Assembly: GCA_016177405.1 (NCBI GenBank)
Contig: JACOVG010000032.1
Location: 1 to 58,626 of the forward strand
Length of the DNA: 58,626 nt
Direction of reading: 5' to 3'
From: Candidatus Omnitrophota bacterium
GTDB taxonomy: Bacteria > Omnitrophota > Gorgyraeia > 1-14-0-20-64-10
Below, one piece after another: positions 58,401-58,626 of this stretch. The first letter of the stretch is position 1. Each line of letters opens with the position of its first letter. The notes below the pieces were generated by a model, which ran no database searches, was not told the origin of the DNA, and saw nothing but the letters and a program-made list of their open reading frames with translations. Both the position numbers and the translations under genes were made by a program.

Positions 58401-58626
58401 AGTTGGGGGGCGGTGGGGTCGGGGTCATCGCGAGGCGAAGCCGAAGCAATCTGACCTTGCGAGATTGCTTCGTCGCCCTCGCCAACGCTCGGGCTCCTCG
58501 CAATGACGAGAGTTCCCTCCGTGATCAGTTGTCGGATGGAGGGTTCGTCCGAGGGAAGAAGGAGATGGGCCAGGGCCGGATGCTCGGCCAGGGTGGCGTA
58601 GACGGGGCGAGGAGGGGGCGGAGGAA
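52433..58626 (-). CDS. 3' part of a giant polymorphic-toxin-like protein (YD-like repeats, CBM-like, coiled coil, C39-like, hydrophobic segment, C-terminal RES domain); 5'-truncated by the window edge
   Basis: frame stays open from 58123 to the window end (manual translation); FDYDAAGRL and YREGLLISQTDPDG repeats; RES motifs VYR, GRFN, LYTS, SEF, APS, NNVVV. Confidence 0.82.
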   Translation of the reverse strand, partial: PPPPPRPVYATLAEHPALAHLLLPSDEPSIRQLITEGTLVIARSPSVGEGDEAISQGQIASASPRDDPDPTAPQLLYDYAYEFDADSSEITVIKELATGLTKRYREGLLISQTDPDGAVTAYEYTTDPAGYSDPLNEALATAAGAAQTLASGAVIHYARASSVQPWQVVGLTTPDGRYLTKPDSLSPYPLADPSFESWSQGGQQAPDGWRWSGGSGNSVSQETDPSHVRQETSSVQLGTPPLKLANGSDGSDYSFIYQDILPPYSPEVRALAGRTFTLEVWVKSDRPGAARIGLSSNEYDFSAFHPGDNEWHLLTITHTITTGSINFNAWIKVNGFEASAYFDNAQLIEGPAELLLLSDPAQLRSLELPADRASLRRLVEQGTLSLRGGEVESVIASAEGAKQSQDEIALASLHSDHSPVLSRAVVTYQGKPRETFTYSYSDVIASPTEGGAKQSLTRITDSSGAIRTYSDNNLIAIEEPSGTRWEVSYAKDLAQDQLETLRSLKPETIHYTDLQGREQSLQIQVPDLSAFNEQRGAQVTIHRLARLALPEGQLLTEGFPDDAVIEREFGAEGQLLTQTFASGMVTLYEESRPILTLDSSGRITTTFDYDAAGRLTKTTLIGARQEIFDQITNAEAEVIQRRTQALEELARQKGVAYQDLANRASAARAQLTDQQASLQHKLNDVEAMKAKGKAGKSAKSQAMDQIRAGMNQVRDALSNLDNQYAEALGQLNAQVESVRQEVESQTIQAFTEIHVKQVELAKAILRQELTTILIRAYRDTIGRDPSEQEVTQEVERLYSRYGSDPSAKVDLADLTQRIRVLPDYAPRASDVSEIKRRVASWLQDYVVIATGDTSVISSEARNLISSLGLTPSEIVPLSASDIDRILAWLDSNSLHFGYSAFLPLKEYIEAVIARSAEGGTKQSPDFTTLAVQTLLVDILTGTINPKTTGDMELSLFALQRVAKLHGASATPSRVSFEDLRALVIPAQAGIASPVIAHINGNHYILVTVIAADGTVTYREPNAGPTGQTLTMTQAEFLQVWQGAILSSRAPPHAYQVLTDPEAQRITGSFFFMFFIFLAKLAVGVVSAISTAISFITGALATLVNTIGAAFTALGNAMGPLGFIFNGLGTMVSGLGHALGGLTYLLGGQFALGFETLFQGIGMMAGLSGGLSLQGLGQFALQTAVNLGVSTGLQALGVDPGIAGIAGSFASGGVQSFSGGSFHLGFDYSSALTSTAVAGTQLGLVKAGLDPALAGIASIGVGSIVGSLTVGTQVPKLDDAGNVVYDSAGKVVMKPIPPGLDALGTTLKTQLAPTLAGELAFYGIQKLGESIGLDPRISQLAGMPIKSAVTVGTAGGKATDITKSISDGLLHGATSLGIDLLGDEIGLDPFTQALSANVISGAISGAFKYEGNVFKGVSESLKKSVLNFSTPGTGYDPNAPYNPVQQATYLAKINDFSNIIRERGITTALETYASSIFQRDAIESIWKLGGIADFLLGNAKAVTLEDGRLTTEVTFKENSKLYLDATTDAVLARSYFDPTRGLVKEISSPNPNDKSFGLDEQGRFGLVNGKVLVNTPSGITEEYTVYGGNIVLIEGRDTATGKTRYFVSPREGSDTVRVSPDGRFIEGQVVDLSEDYKFGLLDGDITREIALRPTIIYSSGQIVDAKIQAQGFSDLSPEKLHALAQAMEAAVPPLHDPTPEQRTAAQQAAPQFLAVVKEELTKLVGAENAEAMLKSFGPTLQTLIENPDALPAEQARLQQEQATLTVSKEQASTALSRAMEKGINWLKTQGDSFADDGNWVAGGTLHTIAAAVDLFGDDLRIGVGIQQAKQAAAEGHYGAATMYLLQDGLRAFGLFPAVGLATKGLGKSLQVASKATGIVGDVPTAARSLDRVWGSIKNFFRIGSKVYDVGQGELKLTRTAWEFKAGNSVVKGAVHSADEATEVVYRAVPKGTSNPMRFSTAEGRFNSLDTKVLYTSKDKNVAVSEFLRRNPGAEYDVYEIALKDSRRITLDTLPAEQVSRSLGDTATRASDLGKIVAPSDINGSVNNVVVLREELIKEFNKVAP
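55655..55678 (-). repeat. in-frame palindromic element GTCATTCCCGCGCAAGCGGGAATC
   Basis: ATTCCC-N8-GGGAAT core; encodes VIPAQAGI. Confidence 0.75.
55857..55894 (-). repeat. in-frame palindromic element GTCATTGCGAG...CGAAGCAATC
   Basis: encodes VIARSAEGGTKQS. Confidence 0.8.
56036..56062 (-). repeat. in-frame palindromic element GTCATTTCGAGCGAAGCGAGAAATCTC
   Basis: encodes VISSEARNL. Confidence 0.75.
57259..57298 (-). repeat. in-frame palindromic element GTCATTGCGAGCCCCACCGAGGGTGGGGCGAAGCAATCTC
   Basis: encodes VIASPTEGGAKQS. Confidence 0.82.
57377..57473. repeat. inverted doublet of GTCA palindromic elements plus a partial third copy
   Basis: 57377-57406 (+, degenerate), 57412-57445 (-), 57454-57473 (-, partial). 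Confidence 0.8.
58424..58507. repeat. inverted doublet of GTCA palindromic elements
   Basis: GTCATCGCGAGGCGAAGCCGAAGCAATCT (58424-58452, +) facing GTCATTGCGAGGAGCCCGAGCGTTGGCGAGGGCGACGAAGCAATCTC (58461-58507, -). Confidence 0.82.

Noticed and set aside
55655-58507. GTCATT repeats as a CRISPR array or attC cassette sites
   Set aside because: Irregular spacing, variable loops, both orientations, all within one open frame; no cas or integrase gene in the window

Overview
58.6-kb high-GC bacterial chromosome segment. Gene content and a giant YD-type ORF suggest an Omnitrophota/PVC-like organism, but this is inference only. The left part (1-34.6 kb) is almost all + strand: an Arg/Lys(DapL)/folate/pantothenate/NAD biosynthetic operon, a small duplicated basic protein, uvrA, ExbBD, a type IV pilus cluster (PilM-N fusion, PilO, PilP-like, secretin, PilB, PilC, 3 pilins, PilT), tRNA-Ala(CGC), a CxxCxxCC-DUF2156 fusion, PilZ, UvrD/PcrA, a CHASE2-HD-GYP protein and queG. 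Gene orientation flips at about 34.7 kb, where a XerCD dif-like site lies (probable replication terminus), followed by two unannotated small membrane-peptide ORFs. The right part is all - strand: a DNA-repair module (PolX-PHP, a polymerase-dead PolA homologue that keeps its 3'-5' exonuclease motifs, an HhH-GPD glycosylase), SAM hydrolase, ald, a REC/HD-GYP/PilZ signalling operon with an attenuator-like leader, and a lipoprotein/OMP array. The window ends in the 3' end (>2060 aa, open past the edge) of a giant polymorphic-toxin-like gene: YD-like repeats, a CBM-like domain, a Cys-less C39-like domain followed by a double-glycine-type site, a hydrophobic segment and a C-terminal RES domain, with a coupled Zn-ribbon immunity candidate. 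This gene carries several in-frame GTCATT palindromic elements.
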